Part shown: positions 53,309 to 62,413 of the stretch, piece after piece
How positions within the stretch are numbered: position 1 is the first letter of the stretch
Layout: every line of letters starts with the position of its first letter
Virus record (IMG/VR): IMGVR_UViG_3300020577_002562
Span: 96,001-160,000 of that record
Strand: one strand, 5' to 3'
Origin: a virus
Taxonomy: Duplodnaviria; Caudoviricetes
Length of the DNA: 64,000 nt
Notes under the pieces: generated by a model
Databases searched by the model: none
What the model saw: the letters and a program-made list of their open reading frames with translations, nothing else
What the model was told of the DNA's origin: nothing
Program-made: the position numbers and the translations under genes

Positions 53309-54241
53309 TCACAGAGCGGCGTGCTGATCGATCTGATCAGCGATCATCTGATAGTACGCCTTCGCTTCTGGACTGTACGAGTACAGCTTCTGGAAGTAAT
53401 ACTTCAGCTTGTCACCTTCCGTGGTGTTCGGGATCTGGAAGTCCTTGAACATATCGGCATCGTTCTCTGCCACGTATGCCGACTCGATCAACATAGCAGT
53501 GTCCAGCACCACTTGTTCCTTGCCGCTAGCACCCTTGGTGTCGCGGTTGTGCTTCTCTTCAGGCGAGTCGTTGACGCCTTCGGTAGCACCAGGATCTTGC
53601 TCGACCGTAACGCCAGCATCCGCATACACACCATCCAGCGCCGTGTTCGGAACCACAGTGATCTTGCCTTGGTCAGCAGCCACCACGTAACCGAAGCGCA
53701 CAGCTTGCTTTTCTGGGTCCATGAATGCGGCGAACTCGCGAACGGCCGGAGCGGTGCTGATCGACGCCAACACCGGAGCACCGCGAACGCTGTAGACCTT
53801 GGCAGTCTGCAACAGTTGCGTCAGATCATCGCGCGTCTTGCGGGCCAGCATCTTCTGCCCGTTCGGACCAGCCGTGACTTCCCAAAGACTCTGATCGTCC
53901 TTGTCCATCAGCAGATTGCTTGCCAGTGCCTTCATGTGCTTGCCGTCGTCTTCGGTCATCGCACGAACTTGACGGTTCAGCTTGACGTAACCGTAGTAGG
54001 CCGGAGAGCCAGACGACTGCACACGACGGAACGAACCAGGTACTGCCATCGCCTTGCCGTCCAAGACTTTGGCAACTGCGCGAGACAGGTCTTCACGCGT
54101 GGATTCGACGGAGGTCGAGATGACTACGCGAGCCAGCGTCGGAGTGACGGCCTGATAGTCGGTGATCGCTGCAACAACCTTCATGTTCTGGCTCATGCGA
54201 TTGAGAACACGAGCTACAGCTTGTTGGGACAAACGGGTCAT
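53309..54241 (-). CDS. Probable virion structural protein
   Basis: 310 aa, AAGGA RBS, C/G-ending codon bias, position in late block. Confidence 0.6.
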   Translation of the reverse strand: MTRLSQQAVARVLNRMSQNMKVVAAITDYQAVTPTLARVVISTSVESTREDLSRAVAKVLDGKAMAVPGSFRRVQSSGSPAYYGYVKLNRQVRAMTEDDGKHMKALASNLLMDKDDQSLWEVTAGPNGQKMLARKTRDDLTQLLQTAKVYSVRGAPVLASISTAPAVREFAAFMDPEKQAVRFGYVVAADQGKITVVPNTALDGVYADAGVTVEQDPGATEGVNDSPEEKHNRDTKGASGKEQVVLDTAMLIESAYVAENDADMFKDFQIPNTTEGDKLKYYFQKLYSYSPEAKAYYQMIADQIDQHAAL

Positions 54242-54307
54242 GGTGCTTCCTTTGTGCGGATATCTACCGCGTTACTAGTTGCGAATGGATACTCTACCGC
54301 GAGGGTT

Positions 54308-54616
54308 CTACTTGCTCAGATACCAATCGAGTGCCTGATCAATTTCACGTTGCTGACCAGGCGTTGCTACAGACACCCTGCCGTTCACTCTGAACGACAC
54401 GAGTGATTCTTTGACTTGAGCTTCAGTCAAGCCATAGACATACGGGCCGTAGTGCGTACCGATGAACACATCGTAGGTCTTGTCGGCTCGTCTACGGCAC
54501 CAATAGGTGAAATGTTGGTGCAGTCGGTACCGTGTAGCCAACGGCCCCTTCTTGACATAGACCTTGAACCACGCACCATCTGCCACCGCTGAGAACTCAG
54601 GCACTAGCCGTTTCAT
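54308..54616 (-). CDS. Hypothetical protein (MKRL leader)
   Basis: 102 aa, AAGGA RBS. Confidence 0.55.
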   Translation of the reverse strand: MKRLVPEFSAVADGAWFKVYVKKGPLATRYRLHQHFTYWCRRRADKTYDVFIGTHYGPYVYGLTEAQVKESLVSFRVNGRVSVATPGQQREIDQALDWYLSK

Positions 54617-54634
54617 GTCCAGTCCTTGAGTTGA

Positions 54635-55801
54635 TTACCACGAGAAGAGTGCCCCAGGATTACGATACTGACCGCCACGCAGCGGAGTCAGGTTGTTCAG
54701 TCTGATGCCGATTGCGCCAATCGATCCCATTGTCGGGTTGATCAGAGCACCGTCACCACCGAAGATGCCATACTTGTTCAGCATGTCCTTGAACGGCTTG
54801 ATCTGCTGATCCAGATCGTTGAGCGTGGCGCTAGCCATCTGTTCCCAGTATTGCGTGCGATCTACGTCTAGACTGATCGACTGTCCGGCAAAGTTGAACG
54901 CTCTCATGCCTTCAGCCAGTTGCTGGGCACGGCATGCGTTGACAATCGAGTAGCCAATCCAGAACTGACGAATCGCACCTGCCGCATTGGTCATGGTGAA
55001 ATTAGTCGGTCGGACTGCGCCGTTGAACTGATCCATGCCCTTGCGCAGATACTGCAGGAGTGTGGGTTGATCCAGTGTTGCGAACGGTTGCAAGCCCATA
55101 TCCTGGTACGCTTGATTCAGCACTTGCTCAAGCATTCGCGCGGCTTGAAGAATCGACGGGTTCACCACGTACATCTGACCCATCTCAGTACGTACTTGGC
55201 TCGTGTCATCTGGATACTGAAACATCACGGTCAGCGCGTCCATAGACGCTACGATACCCGCACTTGTGTTGTGACTCCAATCGTAGTAGTATTGCCAACC
55301 ATCGGTTGTTTCAATAGGTTCAGCCACTACTGCGGTGTTCACCTGTTCAGTGTTGTTCTTGTAGATCTTGATGGTCAGTGACAGATCTTCTAGTGCAGAG
55401 CGATAGGACAGTCGTGTAGTGGAATTTTCCATGTCCACCACGTCCACTACACCTTCGCGGTCGATCTCTTGGCTGCGTACAGTGATCGCATCGTACACGG
55501 TGTGCTCGTAGCCTTCGTGCAGCAGCACCCACTTGATTCTGTACTTGGTGCCCAGCGAATTGACTGGAACATTGGCAGGCACATCAACTTGCGCATCAGC
55601 GCGGAACTTGTAGAAACCTGGTTTGAACTGGTGCGGCGCTACGGTCAACGAAATGACTGGCCCTTGAGCGTAGACCAGTCCGTCCTCATCGATGAACGAC
55701 CAGTTGGCAGTGGCGGTCGTGACGGTCGTGCGCAGTTCCCAATCAGCGTAAGCCGAATTGGTGGAGCCAGCTACGATCACGTTGATAGAGGCTTGAGTCA
55801 C
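54635..55801 (-). CDS. Putative neck/head-tail adaptor protein
   Basis: C-terminal FNFAGQSISLDVDRTQY pattern resembling adaptor proteins; N-terminal Ig-like domains. Confidence 0.5.
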   Translation of the reverse strand: MTQASINVIVAGSTNSAYADWELRTTVTTATANWSFIDEDGLVYAQGPVISLTVAPHQFKPGFYKFRADAQVDVPANVPVNSLGTKYRIKWVLLHEGYEHTVYDAITVRSQEIDREGVVDVVDMENSTTRLSYRSALEDLSLTIKIYKNNTEQVNTAVVAEPIETTDGWQYYYDWSHNTSAGIVASMDALTVMFQYPDDTSQVRTEMGQMYVVNPSILQAARMLEQVLNQAYQDMGLQPFATLDQPTLLQYLRKGMDQFNGAVRPTNFTMTNAAGAIRQFWIGYSIVNACRAQQLAEGMRAFNFAGQSISLDVDRTQYWEQMASATLNDLDQQIKPFKDMLNKYGIFGGDGALINPTMGSIGAIGIRLNNLTPLRGGQYRNPGALFSW

Positions 55802-55802
55802 T

Positions 55803-56060
55803 TCAATCCTCCAAGTGGAGTTGCAAAGCCTGATTGATGCAGTCGATCACGTCAGGCGTCTTCCAGCGGATATGGCGGTGAACGTCCTTGAAATCGTCAT
55901 GGTGAAGCAATGCACGCTTCAGCAGTTCTGGGTTCTTGCGGAAACGCGCCACCGTTGCAGGGTCGCACTCTTGCAGATACGAAGTTACACGCGGATGCAG
56001 GTGTCGTCCGATAGAGGATGCGTGGAGTCGTTCAGCAGTTGCTAGCAGGATATGTTTCAT
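55803..56060 (-). CDS. Small protein with MKHILLATAERLHASS leader
   Basis: 85 aa, coupled. Confidence 0.55.
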   Translation of the reverse strand: MKHILLATAERLHASSIGRHLHPRVTSYLQECDPATVARFRKNPELLKRALLHHDDFKDVHRHIRWKTPDVIDCINQALQLHLED

Positions 56061-56398
56061 GGCATCGCTTTCAGGTCTTTGACGGAAATCCGTCGCAGCA
56101 GTTCATAGCTGCCATCATCACGATCATACCGTATCCAGGGTTGACGTTGAGGAACACCGTAACCGTCTACCAGTACCATGTTGTTTGGCGTCAGCAACGT
56201 TGCGTGCGCTACGTACTCGAAGTTCGCCCCGGGCATTCCGTACAGATGGATGAACCCGCTAGTACTAGGGTGCTTGTACAAGTACAAGCCGACTTTGTGA
56301 TAGCAAGTGCTCGGGCTAGCCGATTGTCCTGTCAGCATCAACCGACGAATCTTAGTCAACACATGCTTTACGTCGTTGGTTGAGGCTAAATGCTTCAC
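56057..56398 (-). CDS. Hypothetical protein
   Basis: 113 aa, coupled. Confidence 0.5.
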   Translation of the reverse strand: MKHLASTNDVKHVLTKIRRLMLTGQSASPSTCYHKVGLYLYKHPSTSGFIHLYGMPGANFEYVAHATLLTPNNMVLVDGYGVPQRQPWIRYDRDDGSYELLRRISVKDLKAMP

Positions 56399-56652
56399 GT
56401 TCTAGCCAAACGAGTAGAGGTAGCCATCAACACACTAGCCAGCGCAGATTCAACGGCAGGGTGCGGCACCAAGTGATCGTAGTCATCCATCGTCAGGGTT
56501 CGCTTGGCCTTGATCAGGTTCTCCGCCAAGTTGTGCAGGTCCATGTCAGTCTTGGCATCCTCTCGGGCATACTCCAACAGACGGATCAACAGAGGCACGT
56601 CCACTGTCACTGTGTCTACTTGGTCTGCGGCAATCACTTGGCTGCGTTTCAT
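56395..56652 (-). CDS. Conserved phage protein (DVPLLIRLLEYAREDAKTDMDLH family)
   Basis: Motif I recognise from uncultured phage proteins; function unknown. Confidence 0.65.
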   Translation of the reverse strand: MKRSQVIAADQVDTVTVDVPLLIRLLEYAREDAKTDMDLHNLAENLIKAKRTLTMDDYDHLVPHPAVESALASVLMATSTRLART

Positions 56653-56661
56653 GGTGTGCCC

Positions 56662-57054
56662 TCAACTAACTGTTCGGCCTACTGGTTCACCAGTGTTCGG
56701 GATGACTTGGACTGCTTTGTCGTCCCAGAATTCGACCATTGCCATGTCTTTCTCGCACGTCACCGGCAATACTTGGCCCAGATGCGTCTTGCACCACTGT
56801 TGAATGGCGGACCTAGCGCGCTCGGCCTTCATCATGTGGTCGTGACTACCATCATGGCTTACTCTAGCAGTGAAGATGCGAACGTCACGCCCAGCAGCCA
56901 GCCAAGCTCGCACACGTTCGACCATGGGCATGACTGGTTCGCCAATGTGCGTGTGGCTGACCCAACCATCGTATCGAGCCAGTGTAGCATCCAAGTCCAC
57001 CCCGATCCAGCTCATATTGTTGGTCGCCGTTTGCTTTAACCGTTGCACGATCAA
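56662..57054 (-). CDS. HAD-superfamily phosphatase (PNKP 3'-phosphatase-like)
   Basis: VDLDATLA motif I, IFTAR motif II, K, WDD motif IV. Confidence 0.85.
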   Translation of the reverse strand: MIVQRLKQTATNNMSWIGVDLDATLARYDGWVSHTHIGEPVMPMVERVRAWLAAGRDVRIFTARVSHDGSHDHMMKAERARSAIQQWCKTHLGQVLPVTCEKDMAMVEFWDDKAVQVIPNTGEPVGRTVS

Positions 57055-58337
57055 TGGCCCCGTTGACGAATAGACCGAATGGCCTTCAGATCGTCGTCGT
57101 CAAAACCGAAGTCTTCCCTCAAGCTGTCAAGTTGCTGCGGGGTCAGTGCTTCTGGGTCCGCTTCTGGTGGCAGCACCACAACGAACTCCAACGTGTACTG
57201 ATCGGCACGATTGCGCTTGGGCGCACGGTACTTGATCTTTCCCCCGGTCTTACCGGACAGCAAACGGTGGATGTCCTCCAACACCTTCTTGGCTACCAGA
57301 TCCTTGTTCTTGTCAGTCACTGCTTTGGTCAGAGTGATCTTGATCACTTGATCGTCAGTGACCTTGACGTCCTCAATGACTTCACGCGCCGCAAAGTGCT
57401 TGACATCGAGAGAGTCCTCAGGAACGCGAGAGCGTTCCAGCACGTCTACAAAGTCATCGGCAGCTAGCAGACCAGCCAATCGGCTGATACCTTGCTTGAC
57501 CGAGTTGAACTGGCTGCCAAGCTTGAACGTACCTGGCGACTTGAACTTGTGCAGTGTCTGAATGAACGTGCGCATCAGCCCCTTCGAGTTGATCGTGGCG
57601 CTGAACACCATGAAGTATTTGGGGTACGTGAAGTCCTGCGAGTCGTTACGCAGCCCCGTGAATTCGATGTAGTGGTTGAACACCAAGATCGTACCGTCAG
57701 ACCCTGGGATGTCCGTCTTCTTCGTGGTCACATACACGTACTGTTCCGCAGCGTCGAACTTGTCCTTGAGCTGAGAGTAAAACGAGTTCATCACCTCTTG
57801 AATCATCTCGCTCAGTTCAGGCGGCTCGTGTGCTTTGGCGATCTTGCGCAAAACTGCCAGCGCCTTCTTGAGTTGGCTCTCGTACTTGCGACGCAGTTCT
57901 TTCAGCGACGGGCCGATCCTGTTGCGCTCGTTGCCGAACGCCTCCTGATACTGAACCTCAAGGCTGTCGATCACTTGTAGTCGCTTGTCCAGATCCTTGA
58001 TGATGTCAAAGTTGGACTGGAGTTGTTTGATGTTCTTGATGTCCACAGGCTCAATTCGGTCGCCATCTTGATTACGCACCGTCTTACCTGCAGGCTTAGC
58101 ACCACGATTGAACGTGATGACGAACTCTTCGGCCGCAGTTGCCTTGGCTGCAGGGAACAACCGCTCCAACTTCTTTAGGCGTGTCTCCGTGCTCTTGAGT
58201 TGTTCACTCATCTGGTCAATGAGCGTTTGCACCTCATCTGGGCTCCGGAAGTTGAAACCGCTGACCTTGTCAACCGACAAGTCTTGCGCCAGCGCCATGA
58301 TGTCTCGCATCGAAGTGCGTGTCTTGAGAGTTTTCAT
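57051..58337 (-). CDS. Hypothetical coiled-coil virion protein
   Basis: 428 aa in the late operon. Confidence 0.6.
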   Translation of the reverse strand: MKTLKTRTSMRDIMALAQDLSVDKVSGFNFRSPDEVQTLIDQMSEQLKSTETRLKKLERLFPAAKATAAEEFVITFNRGAKPAGKTVRNQDGDRIEPVDIKNIKQLQSNFDIIKDLDKRLQVIDSLEVQYQEAFGNERNRIGPSLKELRRKYESQLKKALAVLRKIAKAHEPPELSEMIQEVMNSFYSQLKDKFDAAEQYVYVTTKKTDIPGSDGTILVFNHYIEFTGLRNDSQDFTYPKYFMVFSATINSKGLMRTFIQTLHKFKSPGTFKLGSQFNSVKQGISRLAGLLAADDFVDVLERSRVPEDSLDVKHFAAREVIEDVKVTDDQVIKITLTKAVTDKNKDLVAKKVLEDIHRLLSGKTGGKIKYRAPKRNRADQYTLEFVVVLPPEADPEALTPQQLDSLREDFGFDDDDLKAIRSIRQRGH

Positions 58338-59623
58338 CGTACTTTGCTCGTGTAACCAGATGGGTATGGAACGTATGGGTCAACTGTTGCTCGGAGTGGG
58401 TGTGGTTGAACGCGAGTGAATGTATGCAGTGATGTTGGTACGTACAGCAGATACTGGTACTCGTAGTTCTGTACCAGACGGCAGGATGCTTCCCATGGCG
58501 CAACGATTCTACGCTCACGATCACGGCGCCCTACCACGTTGGTCAGCATCCATTGTCTGTTGTACACGGGTTCGGCGATCACGTCACCAACTCGAACATC
58601 GGCCAGATACGGACTCAGGAACACTTGCACCGAGTCAAAGTTCTCTGGCAGTGCTGGGTTCTGAGTCTCCGAGAGCGAAGGCCACTCGGCGTAGATTGGA
58701 GTAGTCGGTACCCGCATCTGAATCTCAAGATGCGTGAATGTCAACCCTGTGTCCACATTCAACCGCATTGTCACGGGCTGGCCTGTGGCGTAATCAGCAA
58801 GATACTGAGCAGCGTCCTGCCACTCGTTACCACTCCATAGATCAAGGCGCCAACCGTTAGGCACTTGCACCTTGTTGTTCCAAAGCTTGATGCAATCCAC
58901 TGACGTAGCACCAATCGGCACCGTAATTTCAAACTGTGTGCGGCCATGAATGCCTGTCGAAGTCAATGTGTTCGGATGCTGCTGTTGATCCACCCCAATG
59001 TCAAGAATTGACCACGGAGTCTGGGCATCCAATACAACGCGCCACGCGCCGACGGGACTGTAGCCACCAACGTATCCAGTGCCCATGCAAACACCGCATC
59101 CGAGAGATGCGGTACCTAGCAACAAGGACGCATCGTAGTTGTCGTCAGTGAGTCCTGCAGCTTCCAGTGTCTGCTGTGTCAGGTTCTCAACGAACGGATC
59201 GTCAATGTCTGCCGAGTTATTGACTTCGTCACCTTGTGGAAGATCGGATGAACTGCGTGTAGTAGATGAAGGATCAAGGGCGCGAGCGCCGTATCGAGCC
59301 ACACGAATTGTGATCTCCTGATCATCGACGGTAGTGTCACCAGAAGGCAAAACAGCCGACTTTCCAGATTCCAGATTCTTGAATGTGGAGGTCGGCGTCG
59401 GCGCTGGCTGAATTGAAAGTCCCTGACTGCAAGTACACGTCAAACCGGAACCCGCACGGTACCTTCTGTAAAGTAGAATTGGATAGCCGTCCACGCTCAA
59501 TGCATTGTTGTTCTGTTCTGCCGCAGCGGGAGCCAAACGGTCGATAGCAGTTCTCGCGGAGCGGTTTGCTCCACGATTTTTGGGACCAATTGGATGTGTG
59601 GTGCGACGATTGACTATAGGCAT
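58334..59623 (-). CDS. Putative head-closure/neck protein
   Basis: CTC...CGVCMGTGYVGGY motif and C-terminal GDVIAE...W beta barrel. Confidence 0.5.
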   Translation of the reverse strand: MPIVNRRTTHPIGPKNRGANRSARTAIDRLAPAAAEQNNNALSVDGYPILLYRRYRAGSGLTCTCSQGLSIQPAPTPTSTFKNLESGKSAVLPSGDTTVDDQEITIRVARYGARALDPSSTTRSSSDLPQGDEVNNSADIDDPFVENLTQQTLEAAGLTDDNYDASLLLGTASLGCGVCMGTGYVGGYSPVGAWRVVLDAQTPWSILDIGVDQQQHPNTLTSTGIHGRTQFEITVPIGATSVDCIKLWNNKVQVPNGWRLDLWSGNEWQDAAQYLADYATGQPVTMRLNVDTGLTFTHLEIQMRVPTTPIYAEWPSLSETQNPALPENFDSVQVFLSPYLADVRVGDVIAEPVYNRQWMLTNVVGRRDRERRIVAPWEASCRLVQNYEYQYLLYVPTSLHTFTRVQPHPLRATVDPYVPYPSGYTSKVR

Positions 59624-59649
59624 AGGCCACTAGCTTTCCGAGTTGACTG

Positions 59650-59656
59650 AAATTAG
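59650..59656 (-). promoter_or_regulatory. CTAATTT motif at the head of the long structural operon
   Basis: In the divergent intergenic region, 26 nt upstream of ATG 59623. Confidence 0.55.
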
Positions 59657-59666
59657 TGAAAATCAC

Positions 59667-60200
59667 ATGCGAGTTCTAGCGTTAGATGCCGGTTCCGTGA
59701 ATTTTGGATACGTAGGTTTCGATACCGGCGTTGCCACTCCTCGCATCATTCAGTGTGGAATGCTCAACAGCCCGTTGAAGATACTAACAGGCGACAACAT
59801 ACTGGATGACTTTCTGTTGTACCGAAAAGAGATAGGTCGATTGATAACTCAGTTGGATCCTGATCTGCTGGCAGCCGAACGGTACACCACACGCATACGC
59901 GGCACCACCACTGAAGCCGTCAACATGATGTTGGGGGCCGCTGCCGACATTCTGATGCGCTTCAACAAGCAGCAGAAACGTGATCCGCCCGCTACAATGA
60001 AGGTGGTAATGGCTGCGAACTGGAAAGTACCGGTGAAGAAACGCTTAGACCTTGACGCATTGTACAAGAGTGTGGGCGTACCAGATCACGTAGTAGACGC
60101 AACGTTCATGGGACTACACTGCTCACCAACAAATTGGAATCGGCTGTCTGTGAACAGCCTTTTGCGACAACTACAACGAACGTACATCGACGGTGCTTGA
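59667..60200 (+). CDS. ruvC: RuvC-like Holliday junction resolvase
   Basis: MRVLALDAGSVNFG, LAAERY, NWK, DHVVDA. Confidence 0.75.
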   Translation: MRVLALDAGSVNFGYVGFDTGVATPRIIQCGMLNSPLKILTGDNILDDFLLYRKEIGRLITQLDPDLLAAERYTTRIRGTTTEAVNMMLGAAADILMRFNKQQKRDPPATMKVVMAANWKVPVKKRLDLDALYKSVGVPDHVVDATFMGLHCSPTNWNRLSVNSLLRQLQRTYIDGA

Positions 60201-60734
60201 ATGTTAACCTGTCCTCTGACCGATATACAAGTCAACAAGTGTCCTGTTCGCACTTGCATGTACTGGACGAAGAAGCGTCCAGGCAATTGTCTAGGACCAG
60301 ATGCTGTTGGTGAGCCCTTAGATTCAGATGATCCGCTGCTACGAATGTCTCGTGGGTACACTACCAAGCTGGGTAAAGAGAGTGTCGAACGCATCAAGCA
60401 AGCTCTACTGGTCAATAACTACTTAGAGTGGTGCGCAGAGAAATTCACCTGGCAAGACTATCCGTTTGTCATAGGATATCGTAACAAGCGACTGAGGGCC
60501 TACGTCAGTGAATTGGCTAGCACTACGTTCCCTTACACACTGACTTCATTGCCGTGGAACATCGGCCTTGTGTGTGCCACGGTCTACCCAAAATGGCTAA
60601 CCAAGTGGAACCGACCACTTGACAACTGGCCTATTAGCGAAGAGCTATCTCAAGAGATACGCTCACACTTCAGAAGAGCGGCCGAAAAGGCAGCGAGTCG
60701 AAAATGGAATGCAACGGACAGTCGTCCACGATAG
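60201..60734 (+). CDS. Hypothetical protein with Cys-rich N-terminus
   Basis: CP...CPVRTCMYW...CL. Confidence 0.55.
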   Translation: MLTCPLTDIQVNKCPVRTCMYWTKKRPGNCLGPDAVGEPLDSDDPLLRMSRGYTTKLGKESVERIKQALLVNNYLEWCAEKFTWQDYPFVIGYRNKRLRAYVSELASTTFPYTLTSLPWNIGLVCATVYPKWLTKWNRPLDNWPISEELSQEIRSHFRRAAEKAASRKWNATDSRPR

Positions 60735-60750
60735 AAGGAAAGCACTAATC

Positions 60751-61359
60751 ATGCCAATGTCAATCAATGAACTTGAACGCGAACCTATCGGCCCGATCTG
60801 GGTACGTAACACTTCCGGTCCCAAAACCGGCGGTCGCGGGGTAGTATGCTTGCTGGTGCAGTACCAAGATCGGAGTGTAGCAGTCGCTGTACCGATGACT
60901 TGGGTTCCAGTGAACTTGACAGAACAACTACCGAAGGCTGCTCTACTGCAAAGTGCCGAATTTCGACGTGCGCTGCGCAACGGTCAACTAGAACTGCTCG
61001 ATGACTCCGAGGCGGAAGGTGAACTGCGTCGTCCAGGTGCTGCTGAGGAAAGTCAGCGCATTGCGCGATTCACTATGGCCGGAGGAGCACAGCAACAACG
61101 CAGTGAGGCTTCACAGACGCCGAACGACGAACCAGGGCGCAATGCTCTGCTGAGTACGCCGGTACAGGGCATCATCCATACCATGTCACTGTCGGAACCC
61201 CCGCCAGAGATTGAAGTCATCAACTCACTGCGTAACCTCGGAAGTTTGAGCATCGATGAGATCCGAGCCGTTGGTCTTAAAGCAAAGGAGGTCAACTTCG
61301 GTGAAGTCAGACGCTACTGCAAGTCTGAGTTGGCCCGACTTGACCCAGGCCAGAACTGA
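60751..61359 (+). CDS. Hypothetical protein
   Basis: ATG 60751 with AAGGA RBS. Confidence 0.6.
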   Translation: MPMSINELEREPIGPIWVRNTSGPKTGGRGVVCLLVQYQDRSVAVAVPMTWVPVNLTEQLPKAALLQSAEFRRALRNGQLELLDDSEAEGELRRPGAAEESQRIARFTMAGGAQQQRSEASQTPNDEPGRNALLSTPVQGIIHTMSLSEPPPEIEVINSLRNLGSLSIDEIRAVGLKAKEVNFGEVRRYCKSELARLDPGQN

Positions 61360-61388
61360 TCTCGTAAGCTGAATCTCAGCCAGACGCA

Positions 61389-61424
61389 AGAAGGGGGCAA
61401 CGGAATATTCCGTTGCCCCCTTCT
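61389..61424. terminator. Perfect 36-bp palindrome between convergent genes (bidirectional terminator candidate)
   Basis: AGAAGGGGGCAACGGAAT/ATTCCGTTGCCCCCTTCT. Confidence 0.75.
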
Positions 61425-61435
61425 CTTTGTGCAGT

Positions 61436-62413
61436 TCATTGTTCTAGAGTCGAGTACACCAACTTGGCTTTCGCTATGAAACGGGTAACCTTCGAGTACG
61501 GGACGCTTGCGTACTTGGCGTATAGCTTTGCCCTCTGCTCTACCACCAGCTTGGTGAACTTGTCCGGTGTGCCAAGCTCCCTCTTGATCCAAGCTCCGAA
61601 CTCTGGGGTAAAGTTCCCGCCCAGTGCATGTAGCAACTCCATTTGACGATCAGAGCACTTGGCTATGAACCGGGTCATATCGATATTCTGCGGTTCAACC
61701 TTCAACTGTTCAGATGCGTAGCCAGAATCCATGTTGAAGGTTCGACTAGTGAAACTGCCGTTGCTTTCCATCAACTCGGATCTCTTCCCGGCGGTGCTGC
61801 TTTGAATCAAGTTGATGCCAGCGTTATGCACACTCCTCTTGTAGCAGTTTAACAGATGCTCTGCACTATCGAACCTAGGGTACATCAGGTAGACACATCG
61901 TATACCAGAGTGCCGCAAATCCGATCTAATCGTGGAGAAGGTCTTACCGTAGCTTTGCTGCAGGAACTTCATCTTGTGGTTGATGAACTTACCGATCCAG
62001 TCCTTAGCTTGCGTATCCGCCCACATTACGTAGTTGTCTAGCTGCTCCGGCGTCATAGCAGGCGTGCGAATCTTCTGCAAGCTCTTGAACAAAGGCTGCG
62101 CGATGACTGACAGCCGCATATCTCCAGGCTCGATTTGGAATTGCTTGGCAACGGTGGCGCTAAATGTACCTCCGTTCTTGGCACACCAGTACAACCACAG
62201 CTTGAGGTTCTTAATGACGTACCCATTGTTCGTAAGGGAACCACGCATACGATGGAACCGTACTTCTGCAGGTAGCCGTTTGCGCAGAGTCTTCAAATCA
62301 ATGATGCGGAATAGGTACTGAATGATGCGCAGCACATGCTCGGTGGCATGCTGATCCTTCAGACCATACTCCCGTAGAATTTTCTCCAACGTGTTCTGCG
62401 CCCTCATGTTCAC
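61436..62413 (-). CDS. Possible divergent RNA polymerase sigma factor
   Basis: Region-2-like DLRHSG...MYPRFD..HLLNCYKRSVHNAGINLI and C-terminal HTH-like segment; weak. Confidence 0.4.
   Translation of the reverse strand: MNMRAQNTLEKILREYGLKDQHATEHVLRIIQYLFRIIDLKTLRKRLPAEVRFHRMRGSLTNNGYVIKNLKLWLYWCAKNGGTFSATVAKQFQIEPGDMRLSVIAQPLFKSLQKIRTPAMTPEQLDNYVMWADTQAKDWIGKFINHKMKFLQQSYGKTFSTIRSDLRHSGIRCVYLMYPRFDSAEHLLNCYKRSVHNAGINLIQSSTAGKRSELMESNGSFTSRTFNMDSGYASEQLKVEPQNIDMTRFIAKCSDRQMELLHALGGNFTPEFGAWIKRELGTPDKFTKLVVEQRAKLYAKYASVPYSKVTRFIAKAKLVYSTLEQ

Noticed and set aside
53270-54406. Long plus-strand ORFs (378 aa here; also 50682..51545, 45404..46084, 56380..57039)
   Set aside because: Antisense shadows of codon-biased minus-strand genes with no recognisable motifs.
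61389-61424. Palindrome as a mobile element end or replication origin
   Set aside because: Its position between convergent genes with a T-rich flank on the plus strand is adequately explained by a terminator.
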